Positions 56,154 to 64,000 of a DNA stretch of 64,000 nt are shown piece after piece (position 1 is the stretch's first letter; each line of letters starts with the position of its first letter). The translations under genes and the position numbers were made by a program. The notes beneath the pieces are model-generated. The model saw only the letters and a list, made by a program, of their open reading frames with translations, had not been told where the DNA came from and did not search any database. This DNA is from an uncultured candidate division Zixibacteria bacterium (GTDB lineage Bacteria; Zixibacteria; MSB-5A5; GN15; PGXB01). The stretch covers positions 416,001-480,000 of the forward strand of contig OY969724.1 of assembly GCA_963702205.1 (NCBI GenBank), in the 5' to 3' direction.

Positions 56154-57638
56154 TTATCCGGCAGTTTTAACCGTGTCCGGCCAGTGCCCTTTTACGGGAC
56201 CGGGGGCACTGCAAAAAGACGTCAGGAACTGGTCAACCCACTTGAAGACCGTATTTCGGCTGATTTGTGTTCTCATCTTGCGCATCCTGTTTCGTCTTTC
56301 CTTTTCATCCATAAAATAAGCATAAAAGATCGCGTCCGCAACCTCAATTACATTATACGGATTGACCAGGATAGCGCCGGTATTTAATACACTCGCGGCA
56401 CCGGCGAATTCGGAAAGAATCAGGATGCCGTCGCCGTCGCAGCGCGACGCACAATATTCCTTTGATACCAGATTCATACCGTCTTTGAGAGGCGTTATCA
56501 GCGCGATTTCGGAGGCCTTATAATACCCGGAAAGCTCCGACGGAGACAGGGTTCCGAATATGTAATGAATCGGGACCCAGCCCTCGGACGTGAACCGCCC
56601 GTTGATCCGCCCCACCATCTCATCGATCTGGCTTTTCATGAGCTGATACTCCGGCACTTCCGTGCGGCTGGGCACAACTATTTGTACCAGAACGACTTTT
56701 TGACGAAGTTCGGGGTAGCGTTCGAGACAGTTTTCAAAAGCCAGCAGACGATCCGGGATACCTTTGGTATAGTCGAGCCGGTCGATGCCGATAATTATTT
56801 TTTGCTTCGGGAACTTTTCGTGAAAGTACCAGGCAGAGTCCGAAACCTCTTTCGACTTGGCGTAATTGTTGAAATACTTGAAATCGATACTGACCCCGAA
56901 CGCCCCGCTGCGGCTGATTCGTCCCTCGTAGTTGATCTCATTAAACTTCTTATTCTGGCTGACATGCGCCTTGGGAAGAAGCTGTCTGACACAACGGATA
57001 AAATTGCGGCGGTCGCGCTCGGTCTGGAATCCGACCAGGCGGAAATTCAAAAGCGCCTCCAGAATTTCCTGCCGCCACGGCAGACGGGCGAAAATATCGT
57101 ACGGCGGAAACGGGATGTGCAAAAAGAACGCTCCTCTATCGGCAAACCCCATTTCATTCAGAAAATGTCCGACCAGCATCAAATGATAATCGTGTACCCA
57201 GATGAAATTATCATCGGTCGCGAATTCGATTGCGGCTTTGGCGAATTTGTAATTGACCCTCTGATAGGTTTCCCACTGAGCGTTGTCGAAATTGCAGTGA
57301 TCGAGAAGGTCGTGGAACAGCGGCCAGACAGCTTCATTGGAAAAGCCGCGATAAAATCCTTTGACTTCCTCATCGGTAAGTTCGACCAGGCCCAGCTTGA
57401 ATCCGATTTCAGATGATTTTTCGTCAAGCAGGCACCGCAGATCGTCATCGATCGGTGCCCCCGGCCAGCCAACCCAGAAACTGGTTTTGTCGCGAAGAAC
57501 CGGCGCCAGAGCCGTCACAAGACCGCCGGTTCCGGGATGTACAATCCATTGTCCATCGACTTTATCCAGTTTGATGGGCAGGCGGTTCGAGACTATAACC
57601 GGTCGGCTGGGGCAATTCTTTTCAATGTCTTGTTTCAA
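56154..57638 (-). CDS. otsA: Trehalose-6-phosphate synthase
   Basis: VSNRLP, GGLVTAL, WVHDYHL, FFLHIPFP, DRLDYTKG, DGMNLV motifs. Confidence 0.95.
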   Translation of the reverse strand: MKQDIEKNCPSRPVIVSNRLPIKLDKVDGQWIVHPGTGGLVTALAPVLRDKTSFWVGWPGAPIDDDLRCLLDEKSSEIGFKLGLVELTDEEVKGFYRGFSNEAVWPLFHDLLDHCNFDNAQWETYQRVNYKFAKAAIEFATDDNFIWVHDYHLMLVGHFLNEMGFADRGAFFLHIPFPPYDIFARLPWRQEILEALLNFRLVGFQTERDRRNFIRCVRQLLPKAHVSQNKKFNEINYEGRISRSGAFGVSIDFKYFNNYAKSKEVSDSAWYFHEKFPKQKIIIGIDRLDYTKGIPDRLLAFENCLERYPELRQKVVLVQIVVPSRTEVPEYQLMKSQIDEMVGRINGRFTSEGWVPIHYIFGTLSPSELSGYYKASEIALITPLKDGMNLVSKEYCASRCDGDGILILSEFAGAASVLNTGAILVNPYNVIEVADAIFYAYFMDEKERRNRMRKMRTQISRNTVFKWVDQFLTSFCSAPGPVKGHWPDTVKTAG

Positions 57639-58398
57639 TTTCGATCCATCTGTCCAAAAATTCTATCAATTCATCGGGCGGGGCAATTCTAACATCCGCA
57701 GCGGTCGGACGGTCCCGGTCTTTGACCAGAACCCGGAGAGCGGCGCCTTCCAGCGCCCGAAAGGCGTCCTCATCGGTAGTGTCATCACCGAGGTAAGCGG
57801 TTGACGGAGGCGAGGGAAAGCGCTGCAAAATTTCGTGCACGACGTGCCCCTTGTTGAATCCCGGCACCTTAAGTTCGAGTCCGCCGTCGAATTCATCGCA
57901 AATCAGGTTGGAATCGGCCGTAATACTCTCCCAATAATGCTTAATTTTGGACATAATATCAAGGGCAATCCCCTCCTCCACCCCCCTCACATGGATCGCC
58001 AGCGAGACCGGTTTTTCTTCGAGATACGCATCGAGCTTGCTTTCATAAACATATTCCCGGGCGTCGGTAAGAGCCGCCAGATCGGCCGACGCGACCGATT
58101 TAAGGTCGTATTGTCCGTCGCGGGCCAGGCATTCCCAGCCGTGCGAACCCCACATCTCAGGGTAATTTTTCAGACGCAAAAGCGGTTTCAGGTCGTCCAG
58201 AGACCTTCCGGAAATTATTATGACTTCGGTATCAGGAGATTCGATCAGATTGTCCAGCCTGATTTCTATGCCGGGGTAAGGAAAAGCCTGGTCACGATCG
58301 ACCACGAACGGCGCGAGCGTGCCGTCATAATCCATAAGAAGCAGCCTCGGCCGGGCTGTTTTTAGAGCTTCGAAAAAAATTTCGACGGTTTCATCCAA
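57622..58398 (-). CDS. otsB: Trehalose-6-phosphate phosphatase
   Basis: HAD motifs DYDGTL, ISGR, NKG, GDDTTDEDAF. TTG start at 58398 after AGGAG. Confidence 0.92.
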   Translation of the reverse strand: MDETVEIFFEALKTARPRLLLMDYDGTLAPFVVDRDQAFPYPGIEIRLDNLIESPDTEVIIISGRSLDDLKPLLRLKNYPEMWGSHGWECLARDGQYDLKSVASADLAALTDAREYVYESKLDAYLEEKPVSLAIHVRGVEEGIALDIMSKIKHYWESITADSNLICDEFDGGLELKVPGFNKGHVVHEILQRFPSPPSTAYLGDDTTDEDAFRALEGAALRVLVKDRDRPTAADVRIAPPDELIEFLDRWIEIETRH

Positions 58399-58420
58399 AA
58401 TGACTCCTATGTCGATATGA

Positions 58421-59659
58421 TCAGGCCGCGGCGATAAGTCTATTGGCGAATCCCCGCCGCAGTCCGACCATGAGCGTAAGATACTCACGAAGGTGACGGG
58501 TTAAAAGAAAATTCTCGCGGACGAATTCGCGGCCTTTAATACCCATCGTCTTCATCGTCTGCGGATGGGTCAGCAAATAGCGCACACGCTGGGCCATGCC
58601 CTCGGGGCTGTTGACCAGAAAACCGGTGTGGTAGTCGATGACCTGAAGCCGGATACCGCCGACGTCGCCGCCGATCACCGGCTTGCTCTTCCAGAGTCCT
58701 TCGGCCACGGTCAACCCGAACCCTTCACGGGTCGATTTCTGGACGATTATATCAGAACAGCGCTGCAGGGCGTTGATCGTACGATGAGCGTTCGACGGCA
58801 ACAACAGGACGTGAATGTCCTTATCGCCATTGACCGCCTGGCGGACCTCTTCGAGCACCTGCGCGCCTTCGGGGTCGTCGTCGGCCCCCCCACCGGCCAG
58901 AATCAATTGCGCCGGAGCGAATTTGCGGATCAGGCGGTAGCCTTCAATCACGCCCAGAGGGTCTTTGAACCGGTCGAAACGGGAGATCTGAGTCAATATC
59001 GGTCGATTCCGATCCAGGTTAAATTTTTCGAAGACTTCTTGTATTTCAGTGTCATCGAGGTCGATATTTTTCTCGCTCAATGGGTCGATACTCGGGGCAA
59101 CCAGAAATTGCGGGTGTGGCAGCGATTTGGAAAACTGCGCCATCGAAAAAATACTGGCGTCATACTGGTCGAGCATCGGTCGCAAATATTTCCAGACCGA
59201 ACGGGCCGGGCGGCTGGCATCAATATGGCAGCGCCAAATCCATTTGCCGCGACGTTCGGGACAAAGACTGAGCAGCATGGCCGGCTGTGGGTCGTGAATA
59301 ATAACCACGTCGGCCGGTTCCAGTATCGGCCGCAGTCGTTCGGCATTGCGGTTGTTGGTTTCTTCGTAGGCGTCAATATGATGCCTCAGCAGGTTGACTT
59401 TTTCACCCTGAAGGCCGTTGTGGAACATCTTGGTGACGTTGAAAAACGGTTCGTTGCCCTCGATCACTTCCCACGAGGCATCGATCCCCAGTTCGCGCAT
59501 GAACGGCACCATCCAGTGAAGAATTTCGGCCACACCTCCGCCCGCTTTGGTGGAATTGACATGAATCACTTTCAGCCCGGCCAAATTACCGGCCAGCTGT
59601 TCGAGCTGCTGAAGGACTGCCAGTCCCACAATCGGTTCATAATCGGTCAGCGATCTCAT
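58421..59659 (-). CDS. treT: TreT-like trehalose synthase (GT4 glycosyltransferase)
   Basis: HVNSTKAGGGVAEIL, IHDPQP, WIWRCHID, SRFDRFKDP, EGFGLTVAE motifs. Confidence 0.88.
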   Translation of the reverse strand: MRSLTDYEPIVGLAVLQQLEQLAGNLAGLKVIHVNSTKAGGGVAEILHWMVPFMRELGIDASWEVIEGNEPFFNVTKMFHNGLQGEKVNLLRHHIDAYEETNNRNAERLRPILEPADVVIIHDPQPAMLLSLCPERRGKWIWRCHIDASRPARSVWKYLRPMLDQYDASIFSMAQFSKSLPHPQFLVAPSIDPLSEKNIDLDDTEIQEVFEKFNLDRNRPILTQISRFDRFKDPLGVIEGYRLIRKFAPAQLILAGGGADDDPEGAQVLEEVRQAVNGDKDIHVLLLPSNAHRTINALQRCSDIIVQKSTREGFGLTVAEGLWKSKPVIGGDVGGIRLQVIDYHTGFLVNSPEGMAQRVRYLLTHPQTMKTMGIKGREFVRENFLLTRHLREYLTLMVGLRRGFANRLIAAA

Positions 59660-60372
59660 GAATTCCCCCGTGAGTTGATGGTCTGGTCGAAAACTTCTAT
59701 CAGTCTGCCCCGCAATTCACTCAGGCCCATGAAATAAAAATCAATCTCGGAAAGCGCCTTCGCGGTCTCCGTGCCATGGTCGTTCCAGTCCTTGAGCCAG
59801 ACCGTAAAGTCATCGATACGTTCCTCGGTCCGGCGCCTCGCTTCCCAAAAATGATAGTACACCGATCCGGCCGTCATCTCGCGCACTGCCTTGCTCAGTT
59901 CCTGAGGCGAATTAATCGTGTTGGTCGTATCGAAAACGACCGTCGTGGCACTGTGGAAAATGAAAGCGCTGTCGTCGAGAGCCCAGGGTATCGTATGAAT
60001 TTCGCTGAGGCGGTCGTCGACTATATCCACGACCGTTTTGCGCAGTTCTTCGAGGTCGGGCAATTCATAGGGATTTATTATTTCCAGGCGCTCGGCCAGG
60101 ATGCTGTCGTGCAGGTCACGTTTGGCCCAGCGGGCGAAATCGTTGTGAAATTCGGGATCATCGAACGACGGCCGCAAGGCACATTCGAAAAAATGGTGAT
60201 ACACCGAATCGATCGGGCATTGCGTCAATTGCTGCCTGAATTCGCGCAGGTTTATGGCCGGAAGCATATCACTGATGCGTACGATAAGCGCGCAATCTTT
60301 TATTTGAAACGGTGCCTCCGACATTTTTGTCTTTCTGTTATTTTTGGTGCCGGTCCTGGTTTTGTCAGCCAT
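59656..60372 (-). CDS. DUF5752-like protein (two internal repeats)
   Basis: SVYHHFFE...NDFARW and SVYYHFWE...DDFTVW; overlaps the treT start. Confidence 0.75.
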   Translation of the reverse strand: MADKTRTGTKNNRKTKMSEAPFQIKDCALIVRISDMLPAINLREFRQQLTQCPIDSVYHHFFECALRPSFDDPEFHNDFARWAKRDLHDSILAERLEIINPYELPDLEELRKTVVDIVDDRLSEIHTIPWALDDSAFIFHSATTVVFDTTNTINSPQELSKAVREMTAGSVYYHFWEARRRTEERIDDFTVWLKDWNDHGTETAKALSEIDFYFMGLSELRGRLIEVFDQTINSRGNS

Positions 60373-60598
60373 AATATAAGCAATTTCCTCTGTTTCTCAA
60401 ATTCGTGCCGAAACATTCCTTTCTATAGTTATCGGCGGTCGGCCCAATCGTTTAATCGAGGCCGACATTCGATATACGCTTCAGATCTCGCGCGGTTGGG
60501 CCCGAACCCGGCTTTACCTAAATGAAATGTTATTTGAAAAGCGGAAACGAAAAATATATTGGCGTGAATTTGGGGCTGATTTGCCGCTAATTTACTTG

Positions 60599-61150
60599 TT
60601 ATTCGGTCTTTTTGCGGCCCATTTCGCCGATCATGTGCTCGGCTATTTTACGGAAAACGTCGACCGTGCGCACGACGCCGATTAGCGAGCCGTCTTTGAG
60701 CACCGGCAAGAGATATGTATCCTGAAAATTCATTTCATAGATAACGGTGAATATATGATCGTTAAAATCCACGGCTGTCTCTATCGGAATCATAAATTCG
60801 CCGATTTCCTGCTCGGCCTGGTCTTCGACGCCCTCGAGAATATTATCGAAAGGCACCCTCGAAAAATCCGGGTCCCTGGCCGAATCGAAAATATCCAGCC
60901 GTTCCTCATCGCTCATTTGTGACAGAATCCTCGGTTCCATACCGCGCAGAATATCGCGGCGGCGTAACATGCCCATCAGGTTGTACTTCTCGTCGAATAC
61001 GAGCAGGACACGCGGCAGGGATACCTGCCCGTCGGTTTCGATAGCCGAACCCTCGAATTCGGCCATGGCCTGGCGGAGGGTAAACCAGTACGGGACGTGG
61101 GGATACTTTTCGAGATCGATCATGACGTCTCCGGCGCGGATATCCTTCAT
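60599..61150 (-). CDS. CBS-domain protein
   Basis: IRAGDVM, LLVFDEKYNLMGML..RDI, LPVLKDGSLIGVV..VD. Confidence 0.85.
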   Translation of the reverse strand: MKDIRAGDVMIDLEKYPHVPYWFTLRQAMAEFEGSAIETDGQVSLPRVLLVFDEKYNLMGMLRRRDILRGMEPRILSQMSDEERLDIFDSARDPDFSRVPFDNILEGVEDQAEQEIGEFMIPIETAVDFNDHIFTVIYEMNFQDTYLLPVLKDGSLIGVVRTVDVFRKIAEHMIGEMGRKKTE

Positions 61151-61165
61151 AGCTCCATATTCCTT

Positions 61166-61747
61166 TCAATCACCCTTTTCTTCGTTTTCGAGCGCGGCGG
61201 TGATTTCGTCGGGCGTTAAACCTGTTTTCGCGGACAGCCGATCGATGTTCCGGTTGTACTTACGGGCCAGCGTTTTTATATAATTAATTTTGAATTGTTT
61301 TTGGGCGAGTTCGTACGGTTCGACGTTCGTCATCTCATCGTATTTTTTCAATTCGCGGCGCATTGCCTGAAATGCCATGGCCCTTTCGATGACAAATACG
61401 ATCTGCTCTTTCTTGAACGGTTTGGTGATGTAATCGAAAGCCCCTTTGTCCTGCGCGGCGAGAGCGACGTCGATCGACCCGAAGGCCGTAATCAATATCA
61501 CTTTCTCCCACCGGTCGTGTTTTTTGGCCAGGTCGATAATTTCCATACCGTCCATCCCCGGCATGCGCAGGTCGGTGATAATCAGGTCGAACGCATTGTT
61601 TTCGAGCAGTTGTGGAACTTCGAGGGAGCTGTTGGTGGCAGCCGTCTTATAGGATGTCTTTTCGGCGACAATTCGCTCCAGAAGCTGAAGCATGTGTGGT
61701 TCGTCGTCTATAATCAAAATTCGGGGCACGGGCAAATTTCTCCTCAA
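61166..61747 (-). CDS. Response regulator (REC plus short Fis-like helical tail, no AAA+ domain)
   Basis: ILIIDDE, ITDLRMPGMDG, ITAFG, YITKPF. Confidence 0.88.
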   Translation of the reverse strand: MRRNLPVPRILIIDDEPHMLQLLERIVAEKTSYKTAATNSSLEVPQLLENNAFDLIITDLRMPGMDGMEIIDLAKKHDRWEKVILITAFGSIDVALAAQDKGAFDYITKPFKKEQIVFVIERAMAFQAMRRELKKYDEMTNVEPYELAQKQFKINYIKTLARKYNRNIDRLSAKTGLTPDEITAALENEEKGD

Positions 61748-63111
61748 TCGGGCTCATCCGGATCGGCGACCGGCAGCGAAACGATAAAGGTGGAACCGCT
61801 GGCGCGGTCGCCGCCGTTTTCATTTGCGTGAGATTCGAACGAGATCGTCCCACCATATTTGCAAACGATACCGTAACACAAAGATAACCCCAGACCGGTT
61901 CCCTCGCCAACCTTTTTCGTCGTAAAAAACGGGTCAAATATTTTCATCTTGAATCGCTCCGGTATGCCGGCGCCGGTATCGGCCACGGCCATCTCGACTC
62001 TGTCGCCGCGCTGCAAGGCCGAGACGATCAGCGTGCCGCCGTCGGTGGCCATCGCCGCCGTAGCGTTGTTTATCAGGTTTAACAGCACCTGCTGTATCTC
62101 GCGGGGATCGCCCTTGACACGCGGAAGGTTATCGGGGATTTCCACGACAACCTCGATCTTTTCACCCAACAGCGCGCTCTTGACGATTTTGACGACCGTA
62201 TTAACGGCGTCGGGCAGGTCGACGGTATCTTCAAACCCCTCGGTGACCCGCGCGAAACCGAGCATATTGTCGACGATTTGTTTGGCGTTCTGCGCGTTTT
62301 GTTCGATTATTTTCAAGTCATTGTATTCGGACGATCCGTCATCGAATTTTTCTGCGAGCAGGTCCACGAAGCCGAGAATTATACTCAGCGGATTGTTGAT
62401 CTCATGGGCCACCCCCGCCGCCAGCGTCCCGATCGAGGCCAGTTTCTCGGCGTTGTATATTTTCTGCTGCATGCCGACTTCTTCGGTGACGTCCTTTATA
62501 ATGGCGGTACTGCCGAGTATCTCCCCCGTCTCCGACCGAACCAGCGTGCGCGAAATATCGACCTGTATGCGTCGTCCGTCTTTCGTTATTCGGGCCGCCC
62601 GGTAGTTCTTGACAAAACCGTGCTTTTCGACTTCTTCCCTGATTCGCTGCAGTTCAACGTCGGCGTCGATATCGGACGGCACCAGGCGGTGAAACGACTG
62701 CCCCAGCATTTCATCGGCGGTATAACCGAAAAGCAATTCCGCCCCGTGATTCCAGACTTCGACATGATTTCCAGGATCGATAAAGATAATGGCGTCGATG
62801 GAATTCTGCAGAATGCTGGCCATGAACACCTGCTGTTCGCTGACTTTCTCTTTCAGGGAGCGCGAAATGCGGTACTGATAGAGCACCGCCAGCCAGCCGA
62901 AAATGAACAGCCCGACAATCAGCGTCACTTCGATGAAGACATGGTGCGAATACGACAGATCCTCGAAAACTCCGGCTCTTTCCAGCCAGAAAGCGACGAT
63001 AAGTACACCCAAAAGCAATATCGCCGCGACAATTACTGTATGCCGCCATTCCAGGACGGCGCCCATTAATGATTTGAAACGGCCGCCGCCGGTTTCGCTT
63101 TCAATCGGCAT
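61744..63111 (-). CDS. Membrane PAS-domain sensor histidine kinase (NtrB-like)
   Basis: Two TM helices, PAS (WNHGAELLFGY), AHEINNPL, NLINNA, DTGAG, DPFFTTK, GTGLGL. Confidence 0.93.
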   Translation of the reverse strand: MPIESETGGGRFKSLMGAVLEWRHTVIVAAILLLGVLIVAFWLERAGVFEDLSYSHHVFIEVTLIVGLFIFGWLAVLYQYRISRSLKEKVSEQQVFMASILQNSIDAIIFIDPGNHVEVWNHGAELLFGYTADEMLGQSFHRLVPSDIDADVELQRIREEVEKHGFVKNYRAARITKDGRRIQVDISRTLVRSETGEILGSTAIIKDVTEEVGMQQKIYNAEKLASIGTLAAGVAHEINNPLSIILGFVDLLAEKFDDGSSEYNDLKIIEQNAQNAKQIVDNMLGFARVTEGFEDTVDLPDAVNTVVKIVKSALLGEKIEVVVEIPDNLPRVKGDPREIQQVLLNLINNATAAMATDGGTLIVSALQRGDRVEMAVADTGAGIPERFKMKIFDPFFTTKKVGEGTGLGLSLCYGIVCKYGGTISFESHANENGGDRASGSTFIVSLPVADPDEPD

Positions 63112-64000
63112 TTTTGTTCTCCGGCGGCTTAAGTCCGAGCCTGCGCGCGATGTCGCGGATGTACCAGTCGGTGATGTCGTCCGATGACAACGCCATATCC
63201 AGCTGCTTGGTCATCATCGTCAGACGGCCCATCAGGCGGAGCTTCTCTTCGATCGACGGCTGGTCCTGATAGGCGATGATCGTGTTAAGAAAATCCTCGT
63301 GACTGTAGTTTTCGAATCCTATCCGGGTCAATATTTCCGTAATGACCCGAATGCGCCGAATGCGGCGGTCCAAGGACGCCCCGCCTTCTTTGTACTGCAT
63401 GCGTATAAAATTCTTGCTGACCTCTTCGGTGCAGACGGCCTCGAAGGTCGTGTAGTGGTAACCCATGCGCATCGAGAGCATCATGTACGTCTCCCCCAGC
63501 ACCGCGAGGCTGTCGTCGGACCAGTCCTTGCGGCCGCGCTTGCGACCGTAGGTGTCGGCGCTGAAACTCACCAGCCCTTTGATGCGAGGGTTATCGGCAT
63601 GGACCGGCCAGCCTTCCTCGACGATTCCGCTCCAGAAGGCCCGCATCGGGACCGATTCGATAGCGCTCTCTTTGATATGACCCCGGCGCGCGTACGAATC
63701 ATACTCCTGATCGAGGTATAAAACTCGGACATTGAGCGGCATCTTACTTTTCAGCGATACTCCAATAAGAAGAGTATCTTCCGCTCCGGCCGAAACCGTG
63801 AACATCTCGTCCATCGCTTTTTGATGCGCATAGCGCGTGATATCGTGCAGGGTCATACATTTTTCCGGGACGAATTCCGGCGATGTGGGGTCGATCAGAT
63901 TCAGCGGCGATACCTTGGTCATAACCCGGTCGAGAATATCATAAATGGCGGTATCGTTGAAAATTTCCTCGTCGATACGCCGCACTTCGATAAGCTCTCT
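63101..64000 (-). CDS. C-terminal part of a PEP-synthase/pyruvate,water-dikinase-like protein (runs off the window)
   Basis: PLNLIDP.SPEF...CMTLHDITRYAHQKA, MRMGYHY, EGGA...RRIRR, TKQLDMAL. I recall these motifs from the C-termini of PEP-utilising proteins of deltaproteobacteria. Confidence 0.65.
   Translation of the reverse strand, partial: RELIEVRRIDEEIFNDTAIYDILDRVMTKVSPLNLIDPTSPEFVPEKCMTLHDITRYAHQKAMDEMFTVSAGAEDTLLIGVSLKSKMPLNVRVLYLDQEYDSYARRGHIKESAIESVPMRAFWSGIVEEGWPVHADNPRIKGLVSFSADTYGRKRGRKDWSDDSLAVLGETYMMLSMRMGYHYTTFEAVCTEEVSKNFIRMQYKEGGASLDRRIRRIRVITEILTRIGFENYSHEDFLNTIIAYQDQPSIEEKLRLMGRLTMMTKQLDMALSSDDITDWYIRDIARRLGLKPPENKNAD

Overview
This is a bacterial chromosome segment from a Gram-negative organism (kdsB, a TonB-dependent receptor, a PorV-like barrel). 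The gene content suggests an uncultured FCB-related lineage such as Zixibacteria, but that is inference only. Most of the window is housekeeping: a heterodimeric ABC exporter pair, the yceD-rpmF-plsX-fabH-fabD-fabG-acpP-fabF-rnc-etfB cluster, a complete F1Fo atp operon, kdsB-pyrG, ruvX-mltG, tRNA-Leu-tig-clpP-clpX, rocD, a DUF5752-treT-otsB-otsA trehalose operon and two two-component loci. Two AT-rich accessory islands stand out. The first (23.1-29.5 kb) carries a DUF4011/SF1 helicase/Vsr-like/DUF3320 (Hhe-like) gene and an M48 peptidase, and the peptidase is bracketed by a duplicated 3' end of the neighbouring gene. The second (32.9-37.0 kb) is a tightly coupled three-gene operon (PD-(D/E)XK nuclease with a winged-helix insert, stand-alone Ser/Thr kinase, and an unknown ~400-aa protein split by an IS3 element); it is the best candidate here for an undescribed defence system. 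The intergenic DNA holds several REP-like palindrome families, a 153-bp MITE inserted into a REP loop, and an exactly phased 7 x 17-bp AT-rich array. Frameshifts in four genes (fabF, IS3 orfA, pyrG, rocD) all follow the rule GTAC->GGTAC, which suggests sequencing errors caused by GTAC methylation rather than real pseudogenes.
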